A stretch of 64,000 bases of DNA from an uncultured Gemmatimonadaceae bacterium (GTDB lineage Bacteria; Gemmatimonadota; Gemmatimonadetes; Gemmatimonadales; Gemmatimonadaceae). The notes below the pieces were generated by a model, which had not been told where the DNA came from, made no database searches, and saw only the letters and a list, made by a program, of their open reading frames with translations. Shown piece after piece: positions 47,034-59,523 of the stretch; the first letter of the stretch is position 1, and each line of letters opens with the position of its first letter. Location of the stretch: positions 96,001 to 160,000 of the forward strand of contig CAWHHI010000006.1 of assembly GCA_963829055.1 (NCBI GenBank), given 5' to 3'. The translations under genes were made by a program, and so were the position numbers.

Positions 47034-49504
47034 GTGGAAACATGGTGGCAGGATCTCCGTCACGGCCTTCGCGTTCTGACGACGCAGCCGGCTTTCACGG
47101 CGGTCGCCGTCGCGTCACTCGCGCTCGGCATCGGCGCCAACACCGCGATCTTCAGCGTCACGAACGCGCTGCTGCTCCGTCCACTGCCGTACGAGGACGC
47201 CGATCGCATCGCCATTCTCTGGCAGCGATCGCCGGGCTTGAACGTCGCGCAGGACTGGTTCTCGATCGGCCAGTACGTGGACATCCGAACCGACAACCAC
47301 GTGTTCAGCGACGTCGCGGCGACGATCGGCGCGAGCTTCAACCTCACGGGACGCGGACTGCCGGAGCGCATCGACGGCGCGCGCGTCTCGTCCTCGCTCT
47401 TCACGCTGTTCGGTGCGAAAGCCGCGGCTGGCCGCGTCTTCTCGGCCGACGAGGACCAGCCGGGTAAGCCGCCCGTAGCGATCCTGAGCAACGGATTCTG
47501 GAAGCGACGCTTCGGCTCCGATCCAGCCGTGGTCGGGCGCACGCTCACGCTCAACGGCACTACGGTCACGATCATCGGGGTGATGGCAGCGGACTTCGTG
47601 TTCAACAAGGAGATCATGCCGGCGGTGAACGGCATCCAGAACGTGGATCTCCTGCTGCCGCTGCCGCTCAACGAGACGGCGCGCGCGAACCGCGGCGGCG
47701 AGGACTTCAACATCTTCGCCAAGCTCGAGCCCGGCGTCTCGGTCACGCAGGCGCAGGCCGACATGAACGTGCTGGCCGCCCGGATGAAGCGCGACTACCC
47801 GGCCAACTATCCGCCTAACGGCGGGCTGACGGTCAGCGTCGTCCCGCTCATCAATCAGGTCGTCGGCGACGTGCGGCTCGCGCTCTACGTGCTGCTCGGT
47901 GCGGTCGGCCTCGTGCTGCTCATCGCCTGTGGCAACGTCGCGAACCTGCTCTTGTCGCGCGCGGCCGTGCGGCAGAAGGAGATCGCGATCCGTGGCGCCG
48001 TCGGTGCGAGCCGAGAGCGCATCGTCCGTCAGCTGTTGACGGAGAGCCTGCTGCTGGCGGCGTTAGGTGGCGTGCTCGGACTCGGACTCGCCATTGTCGG
48101 CCGTCAAGGTGCTCGGCCGCTTCGGACCGGCGAACATTCCGCGACTCGGCGAGATCGGCGTCGATGGGCGTGTGCTCGCGTTCACGTTCGGGATCTCGCT
48201 CGTCACGGGCGTGGTGTTCGGCTTGATGCCAGCGCTGCGCGCATCGCGCTTCGATCTCAACGACGTGCTGCGCGAAGGCGGCCGCGGCGGTGTCGGAACG
48301 AGCGCGTTCGGACTCGGCCACAATCAGCTGCGGCAACTGCTCATCACGGGCGAGGTCGCGTTGTCGCTGGTGTTGCTCATCGGTGCCGGGCTTCTCATCC
48401 GGAGCTACGAGCGCATCACGAACGCGAATCCGGGATTCGACCCGCATAACGTCATGTCGCTTCGCGTGACGCTCCCGGGCGCGAAGTACAAGACGCCGGA
48501 GGCGATCGCCGCGTTCTACAAGCAGCTCGAGCAGCGCGTGCGCGTCACTGCCGGGCGTGCAGTATCGTCGGGCATGAACTACCTGCTGCCGCTGAGCTCT
48601 GTCGCGTTAGGCTGGGAGCCGATCAGCGTCGAAGGGTACGTCGCGAAAGCGGCCGGTGAGGATCTGATCATCGCCAGCAGCGGGTACGTGAACCCCGACT
48701 ATTTCAGAGCGATGGGCATCCCGCTGCTCAAGGGTCGGTTCTTCGACGACCGCGACGTCCGCGGCGCGCCCGACGTCACCATCGTCGACGACAAGCTCGC
48801 GGCGCGGTTCTGGCCCGGTCAGGACCCGATCGGCAAGCGTCTCCGTCGCGGCGACTCGGGACCGTGGCGCACGGTCGTGGGCGTCGTCGCGGACGCGAAG
48901 GAGTACGAGGTGGACGGCGAACCGCCGATCACCGCGTTCTACCCGGCGGACCAGCTTGGCATTCCAAGCCGGTTCCTCGTGGTCCGCACAGCGTCGGATC
49001 CGACGGGACTCGCGACGGCGGTGTCGCGTGAGGTGCGAGCGCTCGACGCCGACCTGCCGGTGTACGACGTGAACACGATGGAGCAGCGACTGCACGACTC
49101 GCTCGCGCGTCGCCGGTTCTCGATGTTCCTGCTGGGCGTGTTCGCCGCCTGCGCGTCGCTGCTCGCGGCGATCGGCATCTACGGCGTGATCACGTTCTGG
49201 GTGACGCAGCGGACGCGCGAGCTCGGCATCCGCTCGGCCCTCGGTGCACGGCAGAATGGACATCCTGCGGCTCGTGATTGGCCAGGCGGTGATCGTGGTG
49301 GGTGCCGGAATCGCCATTGGCCTCGTCGCGGCATTTGGTTTGACGCGCGTGATGGCGAGCCTGCTCTTCGGCGTGAGCGCTACGGATCCGCTGACGTTCG
49401 CGCTGCTGGGAGTTGCGTTAGGCGTCGTTGCATTGGTGGCGAGCTTCATTCCTGCTCGACGAGCGGCTACCGTCGCGCCGATCATCGCGCTCAGGCACGA
49501 TTAG
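47034..49504 (+). CDS. ADOP/MacB-like ABC transporter permease (frameshifted)
   Basis: [39 protein letters not shown]. Confidence 0.9.
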
Positions 49505-49585
49505 CGTCCGGCGACGGAAAACGGCGGAAGAGTGTCCGGCGACGGCAGGGCCAGTTCGGAGCGCCCCAGTACTCAGTACGAGGTG

Positions 49586-50026
49586 TCAGGTTTCAGGGTC
49601 ACGCCGATTACGCTGCTGTACGCGCGGACGATTTCGGATCGGGCGGCGATTTGCGGGGCTTTCGGAGTCCGGCGATGCCAGCACGGTACGACGCAATGCC
49701 CAGAGCATCTTCCGCAGCTCCACGACTTCGCGAGCGAGTGGTTCCCACCTCTCGTGGCTTATCAGGCCGCGGTCGTGGGCGAGCTGAAGCTGGTAGTCGA
49801 ACTCGGAGGCGGACTTGATGCTGATGTCGAGGTAGCGCGCGAATTCTTTCCGCGATGCGGATGCGCACCCTTCAACAATGTTGTTTGGAATGGAGTCCAG
49901 AGCGCGACGCATCTGCGCTTTGAGCTCCGCATTGCCGCGTTGCGGAATGGCGGCGATGGCAACATGCGCGTCGAGCACGAACGCGTGGGCGCGTTGCCAC
50001 ACGAGGAGGCGACGGAAATCTTGCAT
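49586..50026 (-). CDS. Four-helix-bundle protein (23S rRNA IVP/S23-like)
   Basis: [34 protein letters not shown]...SA.E. Confidence 0.9.
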   Translation of the reverse strand: MQDFRRLLVWQRAHAFVLDAHVAIAAIPQRGNAELKAQMRRALDSIPNNIVEGCASASRKEFARYLDISIKSASEFDYQLQLAHDRGLISHERWEPLAREVVELRKMLWALRRTVLASPDSESPANRRPIRNRPRVQQRNRRDPET

Positions 50027-50302
50027 GCGGTCACGCTACACGCCGTGACGTCGGGATCCGCCATCGATCGACTGCACACCGGCGCAATCAGTTGCACGCA
50101 GCAAACACCCTGATGCCTGAAACCTGAACCTGAGTAACTCACTGCTGACCCACTGGCCATGCTGCCGCCGGGACGCCCGGTCACAGTGGGGCGGCGGCAG
50201 CATGGCCAGTAGGAAGTGGGTCAGCTACTCAGCTGCAGGTATCAGGCTTCAGGGTGAACAACCTGCGCCCTCAGACGCATTCGGAGGCCACTGAGCCGGA
50301 CC

Positions 50303-53300
50303 TCAGCGCCTGGAGCGGGCCTTGATGCGGTCCACCGCCACGCGCGATTCGCGCACGTACGGCTGGAGCTCGGCGTCCGCCGTACGCCAGGCATCAGCGA
50401 CGAACGCGTAGTTCTCCATCGCCTCGCGGCTTCGGCCGAGCAGCTCGAAGACGCGTCCACGCTGGAGCGTCCACATCACATCGTCGAAGCCGTTACTGCA
50501 TCCGCTATTCCCCGGCCACCGACGCTCGAGACGCGTGCCGGCTTCGCGATAGCGCCCCGTCGCGACGAGAAGCTGGACCGTCGTGAGGCGACTGTCGTAC
50601 CAGCACTCGTGGAGCGAATCGGGCGTCGTCATGAACTGGCGCAGCGCCGCCGTCGTGTCATGCTTCGCGAGCGCGAGGTACGCACGCCCCGCGGCGACGC
50701 TGGCGCGCAGCATCGAGGCGCCCGACGAGGAACGCAGCGTCGTTGTCGCTGCGCCAAACCCGTCGATGTACTCCTGAATCGCGGTGGTATCCCCGTCCAT
50801 GGCCCACCAACGATACAGCTTGGTCATCCGGATCCGCGGCGCGAGGGCGCGGATGCGCGCGAACTCCGCGCGCGCGGTGTCGGCGGGCACCATACCGACC
50901 TGCGCCAGGTTGAACATCACTGACGGCCCGAGCCAGTGTGCCTGCGTGGACGTTAGGCGCTGGGCCTCGCGGAGGTGTCCGCGGAACTGCAGTCCATCCG
51001 TCGCGTGAGTGAGCGCGCAGCCGGGCTCCGCGACCACGCCGCCGAGGCGCTCGGGCCGGTTCGCGAGCGAGCGGGCAATGCGCACGAGCATCTCGGGCGC
51101 GTCCGGGACGTGCCTGAGCAACGTCGCCGCTTCGCACAAGCCGCTCGCGGGGAGCGTATCGACGAGCCGATCCATGTCGATCGAGAGCCCGCGCGACGGG
51201 TCGAGAAGCAGGTCCGCCAGGTGGATGACCTGCGAGTACGAGCCCGGTGGCTCCAACGCGAGATATGCGTGGATGTAGCGTCGCGCGCTCGCGGCGCCGT
51301 CGAGATACGCGGCGAGCGCGATCGGCGTGACGTACGCGGGCGCGAACGACGAGTCCATCTGGATCGCGTGATCGTAGAGCCCGAGAATCTCGCGATCGTC
51401 GATCTCGCCCTCGAGGAGGTCGCGATCATAACGCGAGCGCGCCTCCGCGAGCAGGAACAAGAGCTCCGGGTCGTGCCGGTAGCGCAGCAGGCCGTCACCG
51501 ATGGCCGCGATGAGCCTCTCGCCCACCGTCTGCTCGTCATTGTAGTTACGGCGCGTCCTGCAGTCCACGCCGCCAGGCGAAGTACGCTTCGGCCGAGAGC
51601 GAGTCGATTCTCGCGAGCAGCCGCTCGCGAGGACCAAGCCCGCTGGCGAAGCGGCTCGTGCGCCGCATGAGATCGTACGCGGCCGAGTCGGGAAAGTCGT
51701 TCGGGTCGCGCCACTGACGGATCGCCGCGAGCCGGTGGTACGCGAGCGCGAACGTGGTATCGAGCGCGATGGCGCGCTCGAACCGGACCTGCGCCGAATC
51801 CCACAACGTGGCGCGATAGAACTGCTCGCCTTGCAGGTAGGCCTTGAGCGCCGGCAAGGACGTCGTCGGCGACGACGTCGCGCGCGCGATGTCGATGCGA
51901 CGTGAGCGGCCGAGCTCACGCAGCACGGCGACGGTGAGCGAGTCCGACAGCCGGTCCATTCGCGCGGCGATGTCACGCCGCTCGATCTCCGCCAGCTTGT
52001 GGCCGGCGACCGCGTCGTACAGCACGGCCGTGGCGCGCACGGAATCGCCGGCGGCCAGCAGCCCGCCGTACAGCACGAGACGCGCGCCGGTGGCCTTGCC
52101 TAACGCGAGCGCCGAGCGGGCGTCGGCGCGCCCGCGCCAGCGCTGGAAGATGAACGACGCCGGCACCGTACGGAGAACGCCGGCGCCGTCGAGGTTCCGG
52201 GACATCACGTCCACCAACCCTTCCTTCCACAGCGCGAGCGACGGCGCTTCGACGTCGAACGGCGCGACCGCGAGGAGATCGGCGTCGAGCGGCGTCGCGT
52301 TCCGAACGGCCCAGACACCAACGAGCCCAGCCACGATGGCAGCGACTCCGGCCGCGATCAGCGCCTTCGGTTTGCCGAACAGTCGAAGCTTCCGCGGCCG
52401 CGTCGCCTCAGCCAGCGCGCGCGCCAGATCCTCACCGGTCTTGAAGCGATCGTCTCGCGATGCGCGCCATCGCGCGCGTGACGACGGCGGCCAGCTCGGG
52501 CGAGACATACTCGGCGAGCAGAGTGTCGCGCGCATCCGCCTCGTTCTTCGTCGCCTCGCTCTTCGCGCGGCCGAAGGGACGTTCGCCGGTGACCATCTCG
52601 AACAGCACGCAGCCGAGCGAGAAGATGTCGCTGCGGCCGTCGACGTCGGTCGCGTTCGACGCCTGCTCGGGGCTCATGTACGACGGCGTGCCGAGCAACG
52701 GCGTGCCGCCCGTCGGATCCTCGCCGGCGCTCGACATCGCGCGCGCGATGCCGAAGTCCGCGATGACCGCGTGCCCTTCCTGCAGCAGGATGTTGCCGGG
52801 CTTGATGTCGAGATGGATGACGCCCTGGCGATGCGCGTAGTCGAGCGCGAGCGCGATCTCGCTGCCCAGTCGGACTGCCTCGTCGGTCGCGAGCCGGTGC
52901 TCGCGGAGCAGCCGATCGCGCAGCGACTCGCCGGCGACGAACGGCGACACGAAGTAGAGGAACGACGGCTCGTCCGGTCGCTCGGAGACGACTTCACCCG
53001 AGTCGTGCAGCGGCAGCACGTGCGGATGCGACAACCGTGCGGCGATCTCGATCTCACGCAGGAATCGCTCGCGGCCGATGAGGCGCGCGACCTCGGCGTG
53101 CAGGACCTTCACCGCGACCTGGCGCCCGTGCTTCGGATCGTCGGCGAGATAGACCGTCGCCATCCCACCGCGACCGACTTCGCGTCCGAGGCGGTACCGT
53201 CCGCCGAGGAGCGTCGGCGGCTTGGCGAGCGACTCGTCGAGGAGCGGCGCGTACGCGACGGCGGCGGGCCTAACGAGAATTCCGTCTCCGAGGTCGCACG

Positions 53301-53461
53301 CCGTGAGCAGGGCGCGGATCTCCGTCAGGAGCGCCCTGTCGTCGCGGCATGCGTTCATCGAGGAAGGCTTCGCGCTCTTCCGGTTCGAGCTCGAGCGCGG
53401 CATCCAGCAGCGGCTCCAGCACGCTCCAGTGTTCGCGCGACAGGGAGCCGAGCGATTTCAA
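50303..53461 (-). CDS. Ser/Thr protein kinase with TPR-like C-terminus (frameshifted)
   Basis: GRGGMATVY, HLDIKPGN, DFG, GTPSYMSPEQ; N-terminal HW..LEPLLDAALE. Confidence 0.85.
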
Positions 53462-54113
53462 TGGTCGCGACGCGGCGTTCGGGTTCGTGAGCTCGGCCGA
53501 CGTTGCAGCGCCGAGCGCCTGGTACAGCAGTCCGCGCGCCTTGATCCAGTCGCGTCGGACGGTCCGCTCGGTGACGCGCAGCGCCTCGGCCGTCTCCTGT
53601 TCGGTCATGCCGCCGAAGAAGCGGCACTCGACGACGCGCGCGAGTCGCTCGTCGAGCAGCGCGAGCTGGTCGAGCGCTTCGTGGAGCTCGAGCAGCGACT
53701 CCGCCTGCGTGTCGGTGGCGATCAGGTTGTCGTCGAGCGTCACCTGACGCTGCGGACCGCCGCGCTTGTCCGCGGTGCGTCGTCTCGCGCGATCCACGAG
53801 GATGTGGCGCATCGCCACGGCGGCGACGCTCAGGAAGTGCGAGCGGTTGCGCCAGTCGGCGCGCTGCGCGCGCGAGAACTTGAGATAGAGCTCGTGGACG
53901 AGCGCCGTCGTGGACAGCGTGTCGCTCGGGCGAACCGCGAGCTCGCGGCGGGCAGCGCGTCGCAGCTCGTGATACACGAGCGGAAGGATCTGATCGAACG
54001 CTTCGCGCCGACCCCCGCGCAGATCGCGCGAGCAGCTCGGTAATGCTCGTCGGCTGCTCGTTCGTCTCCGGCAGGCGGTCGATCACGGGTTCAACATCGA
54101 GAATTGCAGACAT
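53458..54113 (-). CDS. ECF sigma factor (kinase-associated type)
   Basis: VYHELRR, TTALVHELYLK, AMRHILVD.AR, VECRFFGG.T..E.A..L.VTERTVRRDW. Confidence 0.9.
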
Positions 54114-54450
54114 AGACCAAATGCCGACTGGAGGCGGTGAGCTACGCCGAAACAGGATGCGGCTTCTGTTCGGGGAGCGCGTCTCGTCGTCGAGCCGTGT
54201 TTCGCGAATGATTGCACGTTGCTGTAAAGGCCGCAACGCTGCCGATGGTTGGGGGCACGGCTTCATCGCCGTGCGGATGGGTCTCCGCGACCTGCGGAGT
54301 GCCCGGCAGAAGGCATCCGGCCGAGCGGGCTGTCCGGAAGTAGGCATGCGTCGTGGGGCCCTACAGTCGGTAGTTCGTTAGCCGAGACATCGATCCCCGG
54401 TAAGGGATACGCATTCGGCCGACGAATCCGGACACACGTGCGACGTTGGT

Positions 54451-54605
54451 TGTCATTCCGAGCGAGCGACAGCCAGGTGCCCAGCGGCAGGTCGGGCAGA
54501 TGAGGAATCGTAACTCGATAGCACCAAAAGCTTTACACTGTTGCGCTGCGCAGGGTGCATTGATGGGCTCGGAACGACGTGTGTCCCCATGCACCGATTC
54601 CTCTC
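54451..54605. repeat. Degenerate REP-like element
   Basis: TGTCATTCCGAGCG start, GAGGAATCG/CGATTCCTC arms. Confidence 0.55.
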
Positions 54606-54825
54606 CCACGCGTGACGCCGCTGCACGGACTCGAACCGCGGCGGCTTGACTCGCCGCCGCTCCCTGAGCGCGCCATCTGCTCCGCGTCGACTCCTCGGAG
54701 CTTGCGAGCCTACGTCAGGTTGCGTGCTGCGTGTTTGGGCACGGTGCTGCTTGCACGTCGCTCGGGCCGCTGGCTGCGCGCTGCTACAAGCAGCCGCATG
54801 CAGCTTGCACGCGGCGTGCAGCGTG

Positions 54826-56287
54826 CTACGGGTGGTCCAGTCGATCCAGCCATCTCACCGCCTGCTCCGCCACCGCGCCTAACGCGCCAGGTTCCGCGAA
54901 CGAATGACCGGCGCGCGGAACGCGGATCAGCAGGGCGCCCCGCGGCAGTGCGCCCATGGCCTCGCTGTTGCGACGGAGCGTCTCGCGGTCGGTCGCGCCG
55001 ACGATCAGGAGGACCGGCGCCGTCACGTGGCGCAACACATCCGCGGCAAGCTCGACGCGGCCTGCCCGGGCGATGACGGCGCAGATCTGGCCCGGCCTAC
55101 GCGCGGCTGCCGTGAGTGCTGCCGCGGCTGCCGTGCTCGAGCCGACGAGGACCGTTCGGTGCGCGCCATCGAGCCCGGTACGACTGGCCCACTCGCACAC
55201 GGACGTTAGGCGACCGCCGATACGCGCGACGTTGCATGGCACCGACGCACCGATTTCCGCTTCCTGCTCGGGCGCGGTCAGCAGGTCCACACGAAGCGTC
55301 GCGAAGCCACTGAGGCGTAAGCGTCCCGCGAGGTACCGATTCCGGTAACTGTGCCGACTCCCCGACGCGCCGCCGTTCGCGAGAATCACCAGACCACGCG
55401 CCTTCGCCGGATGATCCTCCTCCCCATTCCCGCCGGGGATGTGCTGCGCTCGTCCGAACTCCGCCATGAGCGCACCGCTGCATCCTGGAATGGCGACCGA
55501 CCGTTCGTTCGAGACGGACGCACCGTCAGCGCGGAGGAGACCGGGCGCGATGCGCTCGCCGACGTCGCGGAGGATATCGGAGACGACGCGTCGGCCGTTC
55601 ATGATCGCGACGCGGGTGGGGCGGCCGAGGATCGACATGACTTCTTCGTCGGTCACAGGCGCGTAGTCGTCGTACCAGGCGGCGATCGTATCGAACCGCT
55701 GGGGCGTGATCACGGCGACGAGATCGTCGACGTCGGCGCGCACTTCTGCCGCTCCGGTGAGCGACGCGACCGGAACGGCGGCGACGATGCGCCGCGGCTT
55801 GCCGCTTCGAATCGCGAACGCTGCCGCACGAAGCGTCGCTCCCGTGGCGAGTCCGTCGTCGACCAGGATCACGGTGCGCCCTTTCACGTCAGGGAGCGGG
55901 CTGCCGTTCCGGTACATTCTGCGCTCGTCGTTCGACTTCCACTCGCTCGCGCGCCGCCAGTCGATCGACGATGCGTGACGGGACACCGATGTACCACGCC
56001 ATCGCGTCCGCGACCACGCGATCAGTTCCTTCGGCAACCGCACCAAGCGCGACCTCTTCGATACCTGGCACTCCGACCTTGCGGGAGACCAGAACGTCGA
56101 GCGGCGCCTTGAGTGTGTCCGCGACCTCGCGCGCGATAGGGATGCCGCCACTCGGAAGACCGATGACGATCACGTTCGATTCCCACTTGAGCGTGCGCAG
56201 CGTTCGTGCGAGCGCCTGTCCCGCGTGAGCGCGATCGCAGAAGTGCGGACGAACGGCCGCGATGATGCCCTCAGCGCTCGTATTCAC
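54826..56287 (-). CDS. Phosphoribosyltransferase fused to a dienelactone-hydrolase-like alpha/beta domain (frameshifted)
   Basis: FCDRAHAG, VILVDDGLATG, SRHSYRN, APVLLIVG, GHSFAEPGAL. Confidence 0.85.
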
Positions 56288-56702
56288 TTCGCTGCGAACC
56301 GATCGACGGGTCTACTAGCGGCTTCGAGCGCGGCCTGCGCCGCGGCGGCTCGGCGCTCGTCTTCGCCGTCGCACAGGAATGCGAGGCGCGAGGCTAGGAA
56401 GCGGATCATCTGTGACATGACGCATCTCATGTGAAAAAGGCGTGCTGGTCACTCAGAAACGCACTGCGCGCGGGGAAAGCGGACAGTAAACGCTGCGTGC
56501 AGCATGCTGCGTCCACCGCTGCTTGTTGCTTGCACGTCGCTCGGGCCGCTCGCCGCGTGCTGCACCAGCGGCTGGCATGCAGCTTGCGCACAGCTTGCGC
56601 AGCTTGCTGCGTGCGTCCTGCCGACACATGCGCGCATGAAAAGGCTTGTAGTCGCGATCGTCGGGTAACGGAGTGGCGACGGCTCACCGCTATCATCCGC
56701 GC

Positions 56703-57167
56703 ATGACCAACTACACTGATCCACCTGGCTTCGCTGCCTGGGAGCCGCAGGTATTGCAGTCGATTCGCACCGATCCGATCTGGCGCACGCCGGCATACCG
56801 GTATGCGCTGTGGCTTTCGGATTTGGTCGAGTTGGATGTCGCGCCGCTCTTCAAGAGCCCGGAGACGAGGGAGAAAGCCGATCAGCTGTTGCGGGCGGCG
56901 CAGTCGATCAGCGCGAATATCGCTGACGGGTACGGCCGGTCGAGTGGGGCGGAACGCGCGCGATTCTACGAGTACGCTGAGTCGAGCGCGCGAGAAGCGC
57001 GGGACTGGTACTTCAAGTTGCGGAAGTACCTAACGCCGGAGGTGGTGGAGCAACGCGATGAGCTACTGCTCCGGATCATCAAGATCCTCACGGCGGTGAT
57101 CCCGCGGGAGCGTGTTCGGCGTCACCGCCTCGCGCCACGCCGTCGCCCAGGTAATGACAGGCGATAG
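56703..57167 (+). CDS. Four-helix-bundle protein
   Basis: DQLLRAAQSISANIADGYGR, RFYEYA..SAREARDW. Confidence 0.85.
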   Translation: MTNYTDPPGFAAWEPQVLQSIRTDPIWRTPAYRYALWLSDLVELDVAPLFKSPETREKADQLLRAAQSISANIADGYGRSSGAERARFYEYAESSAREARDWYFKLRKYLTPEVVEQRDELLLRIIKILTAVIPRERVRRHRLAPRRRPGNDRR

Positions 57168-57316
57168 GCATCCGCGTGCACGCTGCAAGCAGCGCGCACG
57201 CAACTAGCAGCCGCTGGTCGCAGCACGCTGCGAGTGGCCTGAGCGACACGCAAGTAGCACCGTGCTCACACACGCTGCATGCAGCAAGAAGCTGCTCGTA
57301 CGCCTAACTTGTCCGG

Positions 57317-57589
57317 ATGCGGATCGTCATCCCCGGCGGCACCGGGCAAGTTGGTACGCTGTTGGCGCGCAGCTTCGTCGCCGATGGTCATGATGTCACC
57401 GTTCTGACCCGCCACCCGAAGCACGCAGCCTGGCGTGTCGTCCAGTGGGACGCGCGGACGATCGGCGCGTGGGTCGCCGAGCTGGATGGCGCTGACGTCG
57501 CGGCTCTTCGAATTCGTCGGCCATCCAGCCTGCTCGCCTCCGCCTTGCAAGAGAGCAAAGCTCGAGTGAGGACGAGGAGGGAAGGATGA
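57317..57589 (+). pseudogene. Truncated NAD-dependent epimerase (TIGR01777-like) fragment
   Basis: MRIVIPGGTGQVG..G.DV.VLTR..W..ELDGADV, then loses similarity at about aa 61. Confidence 0.7.
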
Positions 57590-58933
57590 ACATTCGAAAG
57601 CGGATCGAGCAGACGGCATCACGCACCAGCGCGATGGAGCAGGGGATAAAGAAGCGGGCACTGCCGCTCAGTGACCCGTCCGATCTCGACCCGCTCATCG
57701 AGCGCATCGGCGACGCCCGATACGTTCTGCTCGGCGAAGCGTCGCACGGCACGTCGGAGTTCTACCCGTGGCGAACGGAGATCTCGCGCCGGTTGATCCA
57801 GGAGCACGGCTTCTCGTTCATCGCCGTCGAAGGCGACTGGCCCGACTGCTACCGCGTCAATCGCTACGTGAAATCGTACACCGACTCTGGCGACAGTGCG
57901 CGCGACGTGCTGCACGCGTTCGAGCGCTGGCCGACGTGGATGTGGGCGAATCGCGAGGTAGCCGAGCTGGCCGAGTGGCTTCGCGATCACAACCGGCGGC
58001 TGGGGGAGCGCGCGTCAGGCGGGTTCTACGGGCTCGACGTGTACTCGCTGTGGGACTCGATGCACGCGGTGGTCGAGTATCTGGAATCCGTCGATCCGGA
58101 GCTCGCGCGCGCGGCGCGCGCGGCCTATCGACTGCTTCGAGCCGTACGCCGAGGACGCGCAGGAGTACGCGCGCGCGACGGCGCTCGTGCCGACGTCGTG
58201 CGAGCACGAGGCGGTGGCGGTGCTCGGCGCGCTGCGCGACAAGGCGCCGGAGTATCGAGGCGACGGCCGCGACGCGTTCTTCAACGCCGAGCAGAACGCG
58301 CTCGTCGCGCGAAACGCGGAGCTGTACTACCGCACGATGGTGCGCGGCGGGCCGACGTCGTGGAACGTGCGCGACACGCACATGGTCGAGACGCTCGAGC
58401 GGCTGATGTCGCACCACGGGCCGAACGCGAAGGCGATCGTCTGGGAGCACAACACGCACATCGGCGACGCGCGCTTCACCGACATGGCGCGCGCGGGGAT
58501 GGTCAACGTCGGCCAGCTCGTGCGGCAGCAGCACGACGCGGACGGCGTGGTGCTCGTCGGCTTCGGCACGCATCGCGGCACGGTGATCGCGGCCGACGAG
58601 TGGGGCGCGCCGATGCGGCGGATGCGCGTTCCGCCGGCGCGCGAGGGCAGCTTCGAGGACGCGCTGCACGGGGCACGCCAGGGTGACGCGCTGCTGCTGT
58701 TCGACGGCACGGATGACGGCGGCATCGCGGGTCTCGACGAGCCGATCGGCCATCGCGCGATCGGCGTGGTGTACGACCCGCGAAACGAGCACTGGGGCAA
58801 CTACGTGCCGACGATCGTCCCGCGGCGTTACGACGCGTTTCTGTACATCGAGGAGAGCGCAGGCGTGGACCCGCTGCACATGCCGGTGCTCGTGGACGGC
58901 GAGCCGCCGGAGACGTATCCGTCGGGCGTCTGA
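57586..58933 (+). CDS. Erythromycin esterase family protein (frameshift near 58130)
   Basis: LLGEASHGT, AVEGDWPD, WNVRDTHM, WEHNTHIGDA, ETYPSGV. Confidence 0.9.
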
Positions 58934-59018
58934 GCTGGTTGCTGCTGGCTGCTGCTCGCGTTCTGACGTTCGGGATCGCTGTCTTGTCGGCGGGGGCGTC
59001 GCGTCTCCGGCGCCGTAG

Positions 59019-59418
59019 GCGCTTACACGCCTCGAGCCGACGGGTACCGGGCTCCGCGTAACGCTCACTGGCTCGGCCCCGTCGTCTCGGGGCTACGCGC
59101 CAACGACGCCTACGACGCGACACCCCCGCCTCCTGGTACGCGTCCCGACCATCAGGGTAAGCAGCGAGCAGCACCCAGCAAGTGCGCGCCCTAACGCGCG
59201 CCGGGCCGTCTCCGCGCGCAGGGTTGCGCGGACTTGCTGCGCGCTGGGCGCGGTCGGGATGCGTGCTCGGTGACGAGCGGCCGGCCACGCGAGCGAGCTA
59301 TGCCGGGGGGCGCGGGCGCTCGGCGTAGGGGGCCTCGCGCGTAGCCCCGAGACAACGGGGCCGAGCTACCCTCCGACAGAGGGGTTCCGGTACCCCTTGG
59401 CTCGAGGCGTGTAAGCGC
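59019..59418. repeat. Foldback element with about 80-bp inverted arms
   Basis: GCGCTTACACGCCTCGAGCC..TCTCGGGGCTACGCGC vs GCGCGTAGCCCCGAGA..GGCTCGAGGCGTGTAAGCGC. Confidence 0.7.
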
Positions 59419-59523
59419 GTGGCCACCGGAGCCGAGTGCCCGCGCCTAGCGCCGCGACGATCCTCGACCAGCCCCGCGCGCTCAGATGCAAAGCACGCAG
59501 CCCCAGCGCAGCGAGCAGCCCGC

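Noticed and set aside
49586..57167. Diversity-generating retroelement implied by Avd-like four-helix proteins
   Set aside because: No reverse transcriptase or TR/VR pair seen in the window
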